64,000 bases of DNA from Chrysomallon squamiferum (Eukaryota; Animalia; Mollusca), in the NCBI GenBank assembly GCA_012295275.1, contig CM022672.1, positions 6,758,001-6,822,000 on the forward strand, read 5' to 3'. The notes beneath the pieces were generated by a model that was not told where the DNA came from, ran no database searches, and saw only the letters and a list, made by a program, of their open reading frames with translations. Below are positions 1 to 18,175 of the stretch, piece after piece. The stretch's first letter is position 1; each line of letters opens with the position of its first letter. The position numbers and the translations under genes are program-made.

Positions 1-685
1 TCATAGGTAGTACTATCAGTTCTTGACAGTACGATGATGAGGTTATTTCCCGATCCAACCAGTACCCAAAGTCCGTGATTATGAAAGAACGTGTTACCTT
101 CTTTACACTAAAATTCGAAAGTTTATTGCTAATATTTTTTTTATTTATTTTTTTATTTATATATTTGTTTAATTTTTTATTTTTTTTTAAATTTTATTTA
201 TTTGTTGTTGTTGTTGTTGTTGAAGAGGCATCATTAAGCGTTTATTTATATTCACGTCTATTTATTCTTTCACTAATGATGCACTATCAAGAGACTTTTT
301 TTTTTTTTTTTTTGAAAACTGAAGAATTTCCATGATAACGAAATCTCTGTGTGTGCCTCATAAAAGTGCTTCTCTATTTTGATAACGTATCTCGAAAAAC
401 TCGTCAGCTATCGCTACACATAAATATTCTGAGATGCTTTTCCTCTTCAGCTAAAAGACAACCGCTGTGATGACGCCATTGTTGCGGGAAGTGGTGCTGG
501 GACATTTGTGCAAAACAGCTACACCACTGCAGAGTCGTATAACCGTGCATTTTTGTCTGTGTACTCACCCATACACCCACACACAATGCACACGTTCTTC
601 CTTGAATATTATATATGTATATAAACACACACACACATTTATATATATTATATACGTTTACATGCATATATACATATATTCATAC

Positions 686-731
<46 letters not shown>

Positions 732-2941
732 GCATACATACATTTATATACATGTGATATATAAACACACACTCAAACACACACACACATATATATAAAC
801 ATACATACATACACAAATATACACACACACGCATACATACACATACACATACGCACACTCATACAAACTGACGCACATACACACCTACGTATGTACGTAT
901 ATACAAAAACACACACACATAAACAATTATCAGATTTTGTATTTTGTAAGGTGAACAGTCCCCCAGGAGAGCTCATTTTCAAGTTTGAGTTTTCCCGTAT
1001 TAGCCACACTGAGGTGGGGGTGTCATCACTCACCAGGTGACTCCTTGTCCCTGCGTTTAAGGTACATAAGATATTATTTATTTATTAAAATTTGTTTAAA
1101 TAACTGGCGAGGAATAATAGTTATAAAATTTTATTCATGGTATACAGCACAGCGGAAATGAATTTATAAAGGCTGCTGATAATTTCTTGAAAGAAGTAAA
1201 TACAGTGTAAATAGTATTTTGCACAAAAAAGGAAATTACAAAACCTTAGTTTAAAATAATTTGAAAACATACGCAACTTTTAGCTTAAGAATTAATTATT
1301 TATTTATTTATTCATTCATTCATTCAGGTTTTTTTTTTTTATCTTTATATCGATAATAAACTAATACAAATATTTATTTATTTTATTAAATTAATTACAT
1401 TATTTATTTATTTATTTAAATTTCATTAACTGGTTTACTTACATACTTTTATTTTAATTACTTTTTTTTTATTATTACTATATTTATTAATTTATTTACG
1501 TATTTGTTTTTTGTTTGTTTGCTAATTTGTTTATTTAATTAGTTTGTTAGTCAGTTATTATTCTTTCTTATCAATACATTTTGCTTTTAAATTTATTTAT
1601 TGCGATCTATTTCCTTGTTTAGATAGTTCAACTTTTGTTATTACATTATCACTAGTAAGAACTATTTCTTGTGTTGTATACCATGATTTACTTTTAGAAG
1701 CGTCGGCCTAAAAATAAAGAACAGAGACAAATTTGGACGCAGATTCAGACGGTTCACCAAAGTAAGAGAGATCGGAATATACACGTTATAATCAAAAATA
1801 CCTTCATGCCAAATTTTAAAAACTAAAATCCGATCTTGATCCTCATTCTAAACCGCGGTTGCGGTTACGGAAATGTGTCAGCAGAGGTTAAGGATTGGTT
1901 TTTGATTTTTATCTCTAAAACTGATTCAAACGCTTCTGAAATTCTCAGTTATTTTTAAGTAACTTAAATTATCTATCAGTAATAAACTGAACTGTCAAAA
2001 TATTGAAACAAAATTTCACCAGTACATAGCTGTTAAAAATGTTAGAGAATATCTCGTACTCGAATATTCATAATTGCACATATATGAACGTACATACGTA
2101 ATCACAGAAACGTGTACATGCACATGCATACGCACAAATATAGTAAACACATACGCGCAGCAGATACACGCACATATGTGCGCATACATACGTGCAAATA
2201 CATAAACGCATATTCAAGCAAATATATATGCATATATACATACATATATATTCAAATATGCATGTATATACATATACATACATATATACATATATAAGCG
2301 TGCACACATACATGCATATAAAGACGCATTCATACATGCACATGCATACATGCAAATATATAAGTATATGTACATTACGTACGCATATATATATATATAT
2401 ATATACGAATACTCGTACGTGCACAAAATGAACATACGCAAAGGTACATACGCACACTTACATATTATATCAAGAACATGCACATATACGAGAATATACA
2501 TGCTGACACAAACATGCATCTTTGCATGCAAATATATGCACATACATATGCAGACATTCGTACGTGCAAACACATGCAAACAACTATGCACACAATGCAC
2601 ACAATGCACAGATATAAAGGCACATACAAACATGCAAAAAACATGCACGCAAGTATATGCACATATATTCGTATTTGTACATTCTTACATTTGTGCATAT
2701 ACACGCTCACGTAAATACTCGAATATGCATGCACATATAGACACATACATACAGATACATACGCGCACATTCATGCGCGTACATACTTGCACGCACATAA
2801 GCGCTCGTATATCATATATGCACATAAATACATATACGTACATACACATATGTACAAGCAGATACATGCACAAACATATGTTGCTGCTGGTGTAGCTGTC
2901 ATTCATCATCAGTGATATTGCAGTTAAATCAACTATTTTTC

Positions 2942-3003
<62 letters not shown>

Positions 3004-3399
3004 ATATTACAATCACTAATTAACAGCAAAATGTCAGCCGTCATCGAACATATTAAACCCTTTCTTTAACTTCAAATTTATCAATTTAACTTTCTAGAAT
3101 TTTCAGAAGCGTTTCATGATAACGAAAATAATCGTAAAAGTGAACTGTTTGATTATTTTATATATGCATTGAAATTATAATTTATTTATAAAAGGTTTAC
3201 CTCAGAGTTAAGAAATCTAACATCTGGAAGACAAAAAACTGACACATTGTCCATTTATAACCGCTACTGCGGATTTTGCAATTGTGAATGACGTCACACA
3301 GTTATTACGTCTTTTATACCTTCTAATCGAAATTTAACGAAGTAAAGCGTTTATTACAGTCAATTTGCGTCTTTCAAACTGATTAATAATATTATCACA

Positions 3400-3449
<50 letters not shown>

Positions 3450-3513
3450 AATCAAATTTAAAACTGAAATTCATTTATTTTTCAGTTTTATTACACAGCG
3501 AAAACATTTCTTT

Positions 3514-3546
<33 letters not shown>

Positions 3547-4151
3547 TATACGCGGCGCTGTAATTCCTCATGTGAAAATGTTTACTTGAAAATAAAATCT
3601 GGTACGTTCAGCTATGTTGCTTGGATTCCTCACGTTGTATGTAATTAGCTAGAAATATTTTTATATTTTTGTCTTTTGTATGGTTCTATAAGTGCACTAG
3701 AGAATCCCTAGAGATATGCTTAGAAATTCGTAAATACATATACACACATATATATACACACACCCACACACATACATACACATATATTCACATTTATCTA
3801 TGTATATGCAAAGACACATAAAAACACATATACACACACAAACACATAAACATATATATCCACATAGACATACATACATACATACACACACACATACATA
3901 CATACATACATACACACACACATACATACAGACACACTTACATACACACACACATACATACATACATATACACATACATACATACATACACACATACATA
4001 CACACATACATACATACATACATAAATACATACATACATACATACATACATACATACATACATACATACATACATACATACATACATACATACATACATA
4101 CATACATACATACATACATACATACATACATAACAAACATACATACATACA

Positions 4152-4213
<62 letters not shown>

Positions 4214-4362
4214 TATATACACACATACATACATACATACATACATACATACATACATACATACATACATACATACATACATACATACATACATACATAC
4301 ACATACATACATACATACATACATACATACATACATACATACATACATACATACATACATAA

Positions 4363-4393
<31 letters not shown>

Positions 4394-4808
4394 CATACAT
4401 ACATACATACATACATTCATACATACATTCATACGAGTAATATCAGCGTTCCGCTTCTGGAGTTCGGGCGCATTTGATGTTTGTGAGGTCCTGGCTGGAC
4501 TTAGTGTTAGTGTTGAGTCTGTGCGTTCCCGAATACTGTTTAAATTCAGAGTCTAATCAGACGTGTACACATGACAACAGAATATTCATTCCTACACACA
4601 TACATTCATACATACGTAAATACACACACACACACACACACAAGCACGCACGTACATACACATAACAAAAACAAGAATTAATGATTTTAATTATGTTTTA
4701 CTGTTCAGACGTACTTTGATAATGATGACAAGAGAGATGAAACTCGTTTGATGTCCTCTCCGCGACATTTTGATCCTTGCCCCTTTCTTAACCTCTTTTT
4801 ACCACGTT
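1..4808 (-). CDS. Tentative multi-exon gene of unknown product containing micro-exons (runs off the left edge)
   Basis: AG/GT-bounded segments 4715-4808, 4435-4535, 3201-3223, 1692-1707, 1034-1050, 569-600 and <1-107 join with compatible phases and no stop. The product reads ...RGKKRLRKGQGSKCRGEDIKRVSSLLSSLSNIRERTDSTLTLSPARTSQTSNAPELQKRNADITHVRFLNSEADASKRTRSHLEERVHCVWVYGVKKVTRSFIITDFGYWLDREITSSSYCQELIVLPM... No recognised homology, and short AG..GT pairs also arise by chance in this DNA. Confidence 0.3.
2070..2880. repeat. Degenerate alternating purine-pyrimidine simple repeat (CA/TA/CG/TG mix)
   Basis: About 800 bp of catg/tgca/tacg/cata words; it produces spurious H/T/Y/I/M/C/V-rich ORFs on both strands. 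Confidence 0.85.
3736..4433. repeat. (TACA)n / (CA)n compound microsatellite
   Basis: Directly visible tetranucleotide array; source of the MYVC/HTYI ORFs. Confidence 0.95.
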
Positions 4809-5137
4809 CTAGACAGGTCTCCGACACAAAAGCGTAAAGAACAAGATGGGTATGATTACCTAATGCTATCTGCTTATCTCTGTTTCTTTCAGACTCTCTC
4901 TCCGACAGATTTGAGATTGAATATCAGTAATTTGGCTTTGATCTATTACAATAGATGTCTGCAAGAGATATAGTTTTTTCTACGGTTTCTAGCGCCTGTT
5001 CCATCATTCTTCTGTGTGTTTTCTTGTTATGAGAAACTGAATTCATGATGATTGTTTTTGAAGAGAATACAAATACGAGATGATGGTGTCTCTCCATGTA
5101 TATATATTATTATGTATTAATATATGTGTGTCGTGTC

Positions 5138-5174
<37 letters not shown>

Positions 5175-5712
5175 TTACCTATGTATATATGTATATGTGT
5201 ATTAATATATATATATGTACGAATGGATTCGTATATCTCATTACACACACATTTTTATTACACTTGTAATTTTTTTATTATTATTATTCTTCGTTTTTCT
5301 TCTTTGACAAGAAAGCATGGCACAGGGAAACAGTCACGCCGGCTGAGAATAATACATCCTTTGATGTACACAACGCAATAAGTGAACGACGAGCGTATTA
5401 TTTATCACGTATTAGATAACAGTGTACCGCGTGGTCCCGTACCTGTCATGTTGAAAAGTGTAGACTTAATACAGCAGTAAATAAACGTTGAAAGATGAGA
5501 ACGGTGCCTATCTTTTTCTGATAACACGGAGAGCATGTCAGATCGCGCCTGCTTGCAGATTGCAGGCAAATCACTTATTCAACATAGGTTTTTCCAGATA
5601 AAAGAGACTTTTTCTTGTGAATGGAATTTTTCTCTCTTAATTTTTATTTTTTTTTAATTTTTTTTTTTTAATAGTTATTGCCGTTGTAAAGAAAAGTAAA
5701 GAGGGAGGTTTG

Positions 5713-5743
<31 letters not shown>

Positions 5744-6166
5744 AAGAAAGAAAAAAATTAAACTGAAGAGTAGTCAGTGTATTATATAATTTAAAGATCA
5801 CAGCGGGTAGATTTCAGATCTCTGATGAGTTTATCAAACGCGCACTTGACGATGTTGCAAAGTGAATAACCTGACATTTCACCGTTTTTCTTCTTTTTGG
5901 TATAAATAGACAAACAAACAAACAAACAAACAAATAGATAGATAAATTAATTAATTAAAACTCAGATAAATAAATAAACAAGCAAAGAAATTAATTAATT
6001 AACAAAATATAATTGTAAAAAATTAATACTGAACGGATTCTCTCTCTGATTGTCTCCCTCTCTTTTTTATCGTTCTGTTTTTCTCTCAGAATTTTTCTGT
6101 CGCTTTTTCCACCTACTTCTGTCTGCCTCTTTCTCTCCATTTCTCACTTTCTTTCATTCTTTCCTT

Positions 6167-6463
<297 letters not shown>

Positions 6464-8304
6464 GTTTCGCTTTTCGTTTCTAGTAATGATTATAGTTCTA
6501 AATGAACAAACTAATTAATTTACTTATTGTTCTTCCCAAACAATAATCGCATTTCAAAAATCTTCAGGTACCGCGCATGTTCCTTGATATATCTGTCACC
6601 AACACAAGATTATAAATTTACCATTCGTGTCGTAAGAATTCTCTGTACCCTTAGTTTCCATTTTGATCCATCACTTCAAAATCTCGACTCTTTACTTTAA
6701 CCAAAAAAAAAAGTTTAAAAAAATATAAATTAAAAAATAAAAGAAGAAGAAATATTTGAAAAAAAAAAAATATATATTTACCTACAGCGTGAATCTTTGG
6801 AATAAGACATCAGGTAATATTTTCTAAAGAATGCAAGAAGCAGATGTAGATAAGCTAAACAAATGAGCAGTTTTGTAAACCGGCTGTTTAGGATTTTTTC
6901 ACTTCAGTGCATTGTCACGTTTAGTGTAACAAGACTTACCAGCTGCAGTTTCTTTGGCTCAGCGATACGTTTGCAAACTTCAGCATATCCTTATGCATTG
7001 AAAAAAAAACCCACTCCAAAACATAATAAATTTTCATGAAAATTAAGATATAGACATTTCTCGAGTTACTAGAGTTTTTGATCGAGCTGATGGCGAGCCG
7101 AAATATTCTTAGATTAAAGAGAATTTTGTTCGACTAAATCATTTTCCTACCAAAATATTATTTAACCAATAAAAAAATAATAATAATAATAATAATAATA
7201 ATAAAGAAAAAAAGTTGTTTTATAAATCATATTGCAGAAACTCCTCATTATGCCAGTGTGATTAATCAATACCTAATTATTACCAATTTCACCTCTTTTT
7301 TTTTTCTTCTTTCAAATTTCTCTGAATTAGCGAAATGTGAGTTAGTAGTTGTTTTTTTTACCAATGCTTGGCACAGAACTGTTTTCCAACGCTTGGCAGT
7401 TTGATTGTGTGGGCTACGTTTTTAAACGTAATTTATTCACGTAATTTGAAAAACAAACCTCGTCGTTATTCAGACACTGTTCACATTTAAACTTTGCCAA
7501 AATTAAACTTATTCCGACGCTTTTGTCGACGGTTAACGAGTTATAAAAAGACGCTGCCACATTTCCAGCGGTGATTCTTGCCAGAATTCAAGTATTTCGT
7601 ACTTTAATTCACTTCATTTTTGCTTCTTTCTCGTGTAAATCTCGTTAATTAAGACTTGATGTATATTCTTCCTTAGACAGACGTACAACGGCGATTTTAA
7701 ACAGATTTATCTTCTTTTCACGATACTCACGCTAAATATAACAAAATTATACACCCATAAGACAAAAATAAATAAGTAAATTAATAAATAAAACAAAATT
7801 AACGGTCTAATGACCTTTTTTTTTTTTTTTATATATACAGATACGTCGCAATAATTAAAATATTGCAGGTTTCGTTTTTAGACTGCTGATTTTGTTCGTG
7901 TTATATTAATTAAAAACGTTTTAGCGGTTTCAGCGAAATTTTTTTGGCAAGTAAACAAGACTAATGACATTGAATTACTGAAATAAAAAATGTTCTTTTT
8001 ATGGCTTTAATTACTGTTTTCAAAAATTGCAACCGTGTTTCGTAAAGTCACAGAAAATGTGCCTTAAAAAAAAAAAAAAAAAAAAAAAAATTATTTTTGC
8101 ATTTTATTGCTTTCTTTTAGCATTATAAAATTTTCGTTTAATTTCATAAGGATCCTAGTGTATTTTATAAACCTTCAGTTCATTTAACAAATGATGATTT
8201 GGACATTATTTAAAGTTTTTAATTATTTTTTTTTTTTAAACCACAGTAATAATAATGCTTATCCATCTTCATCATTATTATCATCGTTATTATTCATCCT
8301 GAAA

Positions 8305-8812
8305 TCTTTTATTTGTAAACATTGATTGATTTTCGTAAAACAGACTAATTCCACAACGTAATATTTTATTTGTAAATTCTCATTACTTTGATAAACGTTA
8401 GTAATTCCATAATATAAAGTGTTGTTTGAAAATAATATGGTGTTTTATTTGTAAACTCTCACTGTATTGATAAACGTTAATAATTCCATAATGTGATGTT
8501 TTATTTGTAAACTCTCACTGTATTGATAAAAAGTCAGTAATTCCATAATATGATGTTTTATTTGAAAACTCTCACCGTATTGATAAAAAGTCAGTAATTC
8601 CAAAATATGATGTTTTATTTGTAAACACTCACTGTTTTGATAAAAAGTCAGTAATTCCATAATGTGATGTTTTATTTGTAAACTCTCACTGTTTTGATAA
8701 AAAGTCAGTAATTCCATAATATGGTGTTTTATTTGTAAACTCACTTTACTGATTAAAAAGTCAGTAATTCCATAATATGATGTTTTATTTGCAAACTCTC
8801 GATGTTTTGATA
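8305..8812. repeat. 57-bp minisatellite, ~8-9 copies
   Basis: Unit approximately TTTATTTGTAAACTCTCACTGTATTGATAAAAAGTCAGTAATTCCATAATATGATGT; the 19-aa periodicity of ORF 8445-8744 confirms the 57-bp period. Confidence 0.9.
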
Positions 8813-9420
8813 ATACGGTGTAATCTCAGTAGAAATAGAAATATGTACAGACACATTGTTCTTCATTTATCATGGGACTTCGTTCACTGAAAACAGATGT
8901 AAGGCGGACCTGCAGTTTTCTCATTTATCCCTCTGTGTGTAATAAACATCCCAGATGCGTGTATTCATAAAACAGATTTGACCCATAGATATGTTTACAC
9001 ACGAGGATCAGCGTGGTTTACATTATACGTAACACACTGACAGTATTAGTAGATATAAAATACACATGGGTGTAGGAAGTGATCGGGGATATGTTACCAC
9101 TGGGGAAAAACTTCAAAGTTTTGTGTCGAGTCGCACTGATCTGAGTTTTATTTGCCCTAACTGAGCGTCTTGTTTATATCAAAAATATGAATAATCTGAT
9201 ATTCTAACGATCATAACGATCTCAAGCTTTTATACATTTATCTGTGTTGTTTTTATAGGGAGGATAGGTTTAGGTGGTTAATTGATTGTTTAATAAAATG
9301 TTTATGTGTGTTTGCTGTTTGCGTATGAAAGAATGTAACTCAGTATAGGTATTTATATGTGAATGAAGTTAACGTTGTATACATATATAAATGTTTTATA
9401 TGGTGTAATAAGGTAGTATG

Positions 9421-10265
9421 ATATAGTATTAACTGAATGATAGACAAATAAATGAAGTACTCTTATATAATATTAATTGAATGATAGACAAATAAATGAA
9501 ATACTCTGGTATAGTATTAACTGAATAGTAGACAAATATATGAAATACTCTGGTATAGTATTAACTGAATGGTAGACAAATAAATGAAGTACTCTGGTAT
9601 AGTAATAACTGAATGGTAAATCAATATATGAAGTACTCTGGTATAGTAATAACTGAATGGTAGACAAATAAATGAAGTACTCTGGTATAGTAGTAACTGA
9701 ATGATCGACAAATATATCAGGTAGTCTGGTGTAGTATTAACTGAATGGTAGACAAATATATCAAGTACTCTGGTATGGTATTATCTGAATAGTAGAGAAA
9801 TACATCAGGTAGTCAGGTATAATATTAACTTGTAGACAAAGAGAACAAGTAGTCTGATATGCAGTATTAACTGAATGAATACAAAGAGAACAAATATCTG
9901 GGTATTCTGAAAATAATATTAAGTGAGCTGGTAGACAAAACTGAATACAGAGAAATACATCAGGTAGTCAGCTGAATGATAGACTTGTAGACGAAGAGAA
10001 CAAGCAGTCTGATAAAGTGTTAATTGAATGAATGGTAGAGAAATATATCAGGTAATCGAAAATAATGAATAGTAACTGAATAGTAGACAAAATATATCAG
10101 ATGATGTCTGAAATAGTATTAGCTGAATGATAGACAAAGAGAACAAGCAGTCTGGTATAGTGTTAACTGAATTGTAGACAAAGAGAACAGCTAGTCTGAT
10201 GCAGTGTTAACTGAATGGTAGAGAAAGCGACGAAGTTAATCGGTTGTAGCACTGGCTGAATAGTT
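9421..10265. repeat. 44-bp minisatellite, degenerating rightwards
   Basis: Unit approximately TAGTATTAACTGAATGGTAGACAAATAAATGAAGTACTCTGGTA; the two ORFs in it are offset by 44 bp. Confidence 0.9.
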
Positions 10266-10974
10266 AATAGATATTCAAGTATATTACACGTATCGGCTGA
10301 ACGGCTTGTTTATGTCTGGCACTGTTGTATTACAAAATCAGCGCTATTGCTTCATACGTCTGATTACCTAACGCACCATTTCACACTAATATTTATCTTT
10401 CCAGTTTTCACAAGGTAACAGAATAATGGTGCAATCTGTTTAGTTAATTTGTTCCGGACGAGTTTACGTTACGGAACGGAACGATTTTTGTTATTATTAT
10501 TAATAGCAATGCGGATTACATTGTGACGTAAAACAATATGTCTTGTACTCTGCAGACACATCTCTATTAAGTATCCATGCACCTTTCGTTACCCTTAAAG
10601 CACTCGTTTAACGGCGACCTACTAAGAAGAGACGATGCACTTTTCTTCTTTCAGGTATATACATTTAATTATTATTGATAGGTGCATCATTGTGGCGTGT
10701 TATCCATAGCAAGCACGGACTGTTGTTTCTTTGTTTTGTCCCTGATGTAAAAGGTGCACAGCTATTTCGTATCACAAGAACAACGTAAGAGAGGATCGTG
10801 CGGAATGTCTTGAGAAATGAAGATGAAGAAACGTTTGAGAATATAGACGTCCGTGAAAGAGAATAATGGGCTGTTAGAACGAATCAGTTTGATGTGTCTT
10901 GGTATGCGTTATATATATATATAACTGTGTCTGTTGTGTAGTGTGAGTGTATAGTTTATGTGAAGTGGTAATGG

Positions 10975-11118
<144 letters not shown>

Positions 11119-12448
11119 ATTTAAAGAATATTCATATATTATATGGTTAATAGTTCTGGATAGGAAATATATATATATATATATATATATACAAACTGAA
11201 TTTTGTATTGTTCTGTGTATATTTATCTGGTTTTGTAGAAAATCGATTAGAAAATTAAAACAATATAATATTACCTGATATACTGATTTTAGAACTTGGC
11301 GAATAGACCGAAATATTAAAATCATTAATTAAACTATAGTATATTTCTTTCGAGTGTTAATACTGCAAGTAAAAGAATGGTAATTTTATAGTTAATACCC
11401 TGTTCTAAGACCATTCAAATTACGTATCTTAAATTCTGTCTACGACGTTTTGTTCCAATGCTCCAAAAAAAAAAAAAAAAAAAAGCGACTTCATCTGGAC
11501 GCATTTATTATTATAATTAGATGGTTTTAATTAACAAGCAAACTGAGACATTTATTGCATCAATGAAACGTTTGGGCCCTCACTCATGATGTGGACAGAA
11601 TACCAGAAGCCTGGGTTGTCAAGCTTCAGGATTAATGCGCTTCTAAAAAGGCGTTTTTTTTTTGTTTTCAACTGCATCACTCACGCGCCATTGTTTTTAT
11701 CGTCGGTTGTATCTTAACGACGTGTATTATATGAACGTTGTTAATGTGGTGTCAGGCGGAAAGCGGGGTGCGCGTTACAAATTAAAGAAGGTGTTGTCAG
11801 ATAGATATCACGTTTACCTACGAGCGTCTCACATTCTCAGACGATCGCAAAATCTCCGCGGATCAAATCTTGGCGCAGCACAATCCCAGTCAGAGCAGTT
11901 TGAGGTCAACGTGACACGATTTACAACCACCTACGTTTCTCAGTTCGTCGTCGTAGCTTGAAACTAACTGTGGCTGGGTTTGTTTTAAGCGCTGGCTCTG
12001 GGTTTTTTTTGTGTTTTTTTCAGCCACCACTTTTCAAACAATTTTAAAGGTTGGCAACCCCTAGAAGTACTTTGATAATTAATTTTATAGCGGCGGAGTT
12101 ATAAATATTTATAAATAAATTTATTGCGTTTACATATCGGTAAATTTTTACAGTATCTGAAAGGGGCACTGCACTACAGCCCAGCTTAAGAATTAATAGT
12201 TATAAGAATTCAATTCACAATGCTGACGTCAAAAATAAACATAAATTCACGAACATAATTTAACTGACAGTGGAATATGTAATTTTATTTGAGTTCTTTT
12301 CATGTTTATTTTCATAAGAGTGATATTTATTTTATTAACGATTTTCTAACTTTTAATAATTATGTAAATCTCTGCATTGCCATATTTATATATTATCTTT
12401 GTATGACAGCCATAAACCGAAGAAGTTCATTCATTCATTCATTATTAC

Positions 12449-12481
<33 letters not shown>

Positions 12482-13411
12482 TATCATCACTATTATTTAT
12501 TTATCATTGTTTTTCTTTTCTTTCTTTGGTTTATTTGTTTGCTTTCTCTTGGGGAAAATATTTCACATTACAAGTGTTACTTATTTCTTCTAGGAGGCTT
12601 CCACCCTCCCCCACCCCCCATTCTGGTATCTCACCCCCATTCCTCTCACTCCCCGTGCAATCGCGCAAACTGCAGTTGAAAGATTGGCGCATTTGCATTT
12701 GTTTAATACACTCTGTACGTCAAACAGTTTATAAATATATTTCTAGCTACATTTTTCGAACAATTAGTTAAGAATGTTTTCCTTCTGTGTTGTTTTTTTC
12801 TCTTTCGTTTTTCTTGTCTTTTTTTCTTCGCTTGTTATTTTTTTTTTTTTTTGAAAATTAAAAAAAAAAAAAAAGAAGATCTTCCCTGTAGGTTTGAGCT
12901 GGTGGAATGTAAGATATGTCATCGCTCTTCTGGTTGAAACGATGCGCTGTTACATACACACAAACATTTTTGGAAATCTCATTACTGACTTTTATTTTTG
13001 GAATTCCAAGATTTAACTTTTGGGATTAATCTTGTTAGCACCTGGCCATCCATAGTTTGGCTTCTGTTATGAGAATTTTAAAGATAAAAAAAAAAAAAAA
13101 AAAAATCCAGTGGGGAATTTTTCTTTCTGCAGGTCTCGCTATTTCTCTGAATTTTTGCCAAAAAGGTTGAAGACTTACAGCTTTTGAAATGAGAACTGTT
13201 GGGTTAACGGAACGCAGTCTTTATCTTCATCTATTCGGTTATTAGACAAACAGACGTTCAATGAGACTTATGAACTTTCTTCTAGATAAGAAGAATTAGA
13301 TAATTCTTTTAATCACAGTTTAGGTCGTTTACGTTTCAGAACTGCTGTTGAAAGATAGATTGGTGTATGTGTGTGTGTGTGTGTTGGGAAGACAGAGCGA
13401 GAAACAGAGGA

Positions 13412-13711
<300 letters not shown>

Positions 13712-14229
13712 GCTTTATCATATATTTTCATACCGAAAAGTTTTTCAGTTAAGTAAAAGATCAAATAAAATCTTACATTCTTTTATGTATATTTATTCAT
13801 TTGGCTTTATTCTTACCTGAGAACAGAATGCGCTTTTTAAATTCAATGAATTCCCTATCGAGCTTAGCACAATACAAGAAAGCATCTTATAAATTTTATT
13901 AATTTGCATCCAGGCCTTTAACAGAAGATGAAGACTTTTATAAATTCTATAATAGTAAGGTTGGATAACAAATAAACAGGAATTCTTAGAGGCCCTTTCA
14001 AATTGTGGGGATCGCATTTGTAGTCAAGAACGTGTTTTAAGAATATTATTAATTTAGTTTGAGGCTTTCCAAAGAAAAAAAAGGCATTTTATAAATTTTA
14101 GTAATAAAGTTTTGTAACAACGAATAAACTAGAATTTTCAGGCGTTCTTTCAGACAGTGGTTATTCTAGCTTACTTCATACCTTTTGCCCTGAGACGAAA
14201 TTTCACGGATGCTATTCATTTACTTCCAG

Positions 14230-17402
<3,173 letters not shown>

Positions 17403-17858
17403 TTAGCGGATTTCTTGGACACGTGCTCAAAACTTCCTGGTTGATGACGGATGACGGCAAACTTGTCGGTGTTGTATGCATGGCTGTCGTATTAATAATT
17501 ATGACTATGCGTGTAGAAAACAGCTTTTGTTAATTTTATTGAAACCGTATTTTATTGAGAAGCAGAAGATAAAACGACGATTTTTCTTACGTTACTTAAT
17601 GGTTTTGTTTTTGTTTTGTTTTTTTGTTTAATTAAATCTTATATATATATAAATATATATAAATTATTAAATATTCGTTTTTATTAAAAGTTATCGTTAT
17701 ATTTTGTATTTAAATCGCCAACTTGATATATGTATTTTTTTTTTTTTAAATTCTTTAAAATGGCGAACGTGGATAATAAAATTATTTTTTACAATTAGTA
17801 ATAATTATAAGAAATGTGTCAAGAACAGAAAGTTGTTGTACTTTCTGTAAATTCTTTC

Positions 17859-17921
<63 letters not shown>

Positions 17922-18133
17922 ATCCGTTATTCTTAATTCGAAAATATCATCAAACTGAATTATATAGTAATTGCTAGAAAATGCCTTTAAGAAATTACGT
18001 TTTGTAAGAAATAAGATTTTCTCGTTTGCTTTCTGTTTTTTTTTTTTTTTTTTCTCTTAATTCTTAATTTCCGGTGGTCATGAAACTAATGACGAGAAGA
18101 TATAATATATTGTAACTTTTATTATTAATGTTA

Positions 18134-18175
<42 letters not shown>

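Noticed and set aside
1925-3125. Short inverted match AAACGCTTCTGAAA(A)TTC at ~1929 and ~3097
   Set aside because: Only ~18 bp, with no clear termini or TSD; at most an old MITE remnant.
4474-4665. Plus-strand ORF with a signal-peptide-like start (MFVRSWLDLVLVLSLC)
   Set aside because: It runs into a (CA)n repeat, has no convincing donor or downstream exon, and overlaps a better minus-strand exon candidate.
8305-10265. 57-bp and 44-bp periodic arrays as possible CRISPR arrays or repeat-protein exons
   Set aside because: Units are head-to-tail with no unique spacers, there are no cas genes and the context is eukaryotic. The 99-aa ORF exists only because 57 is divisible by 3.
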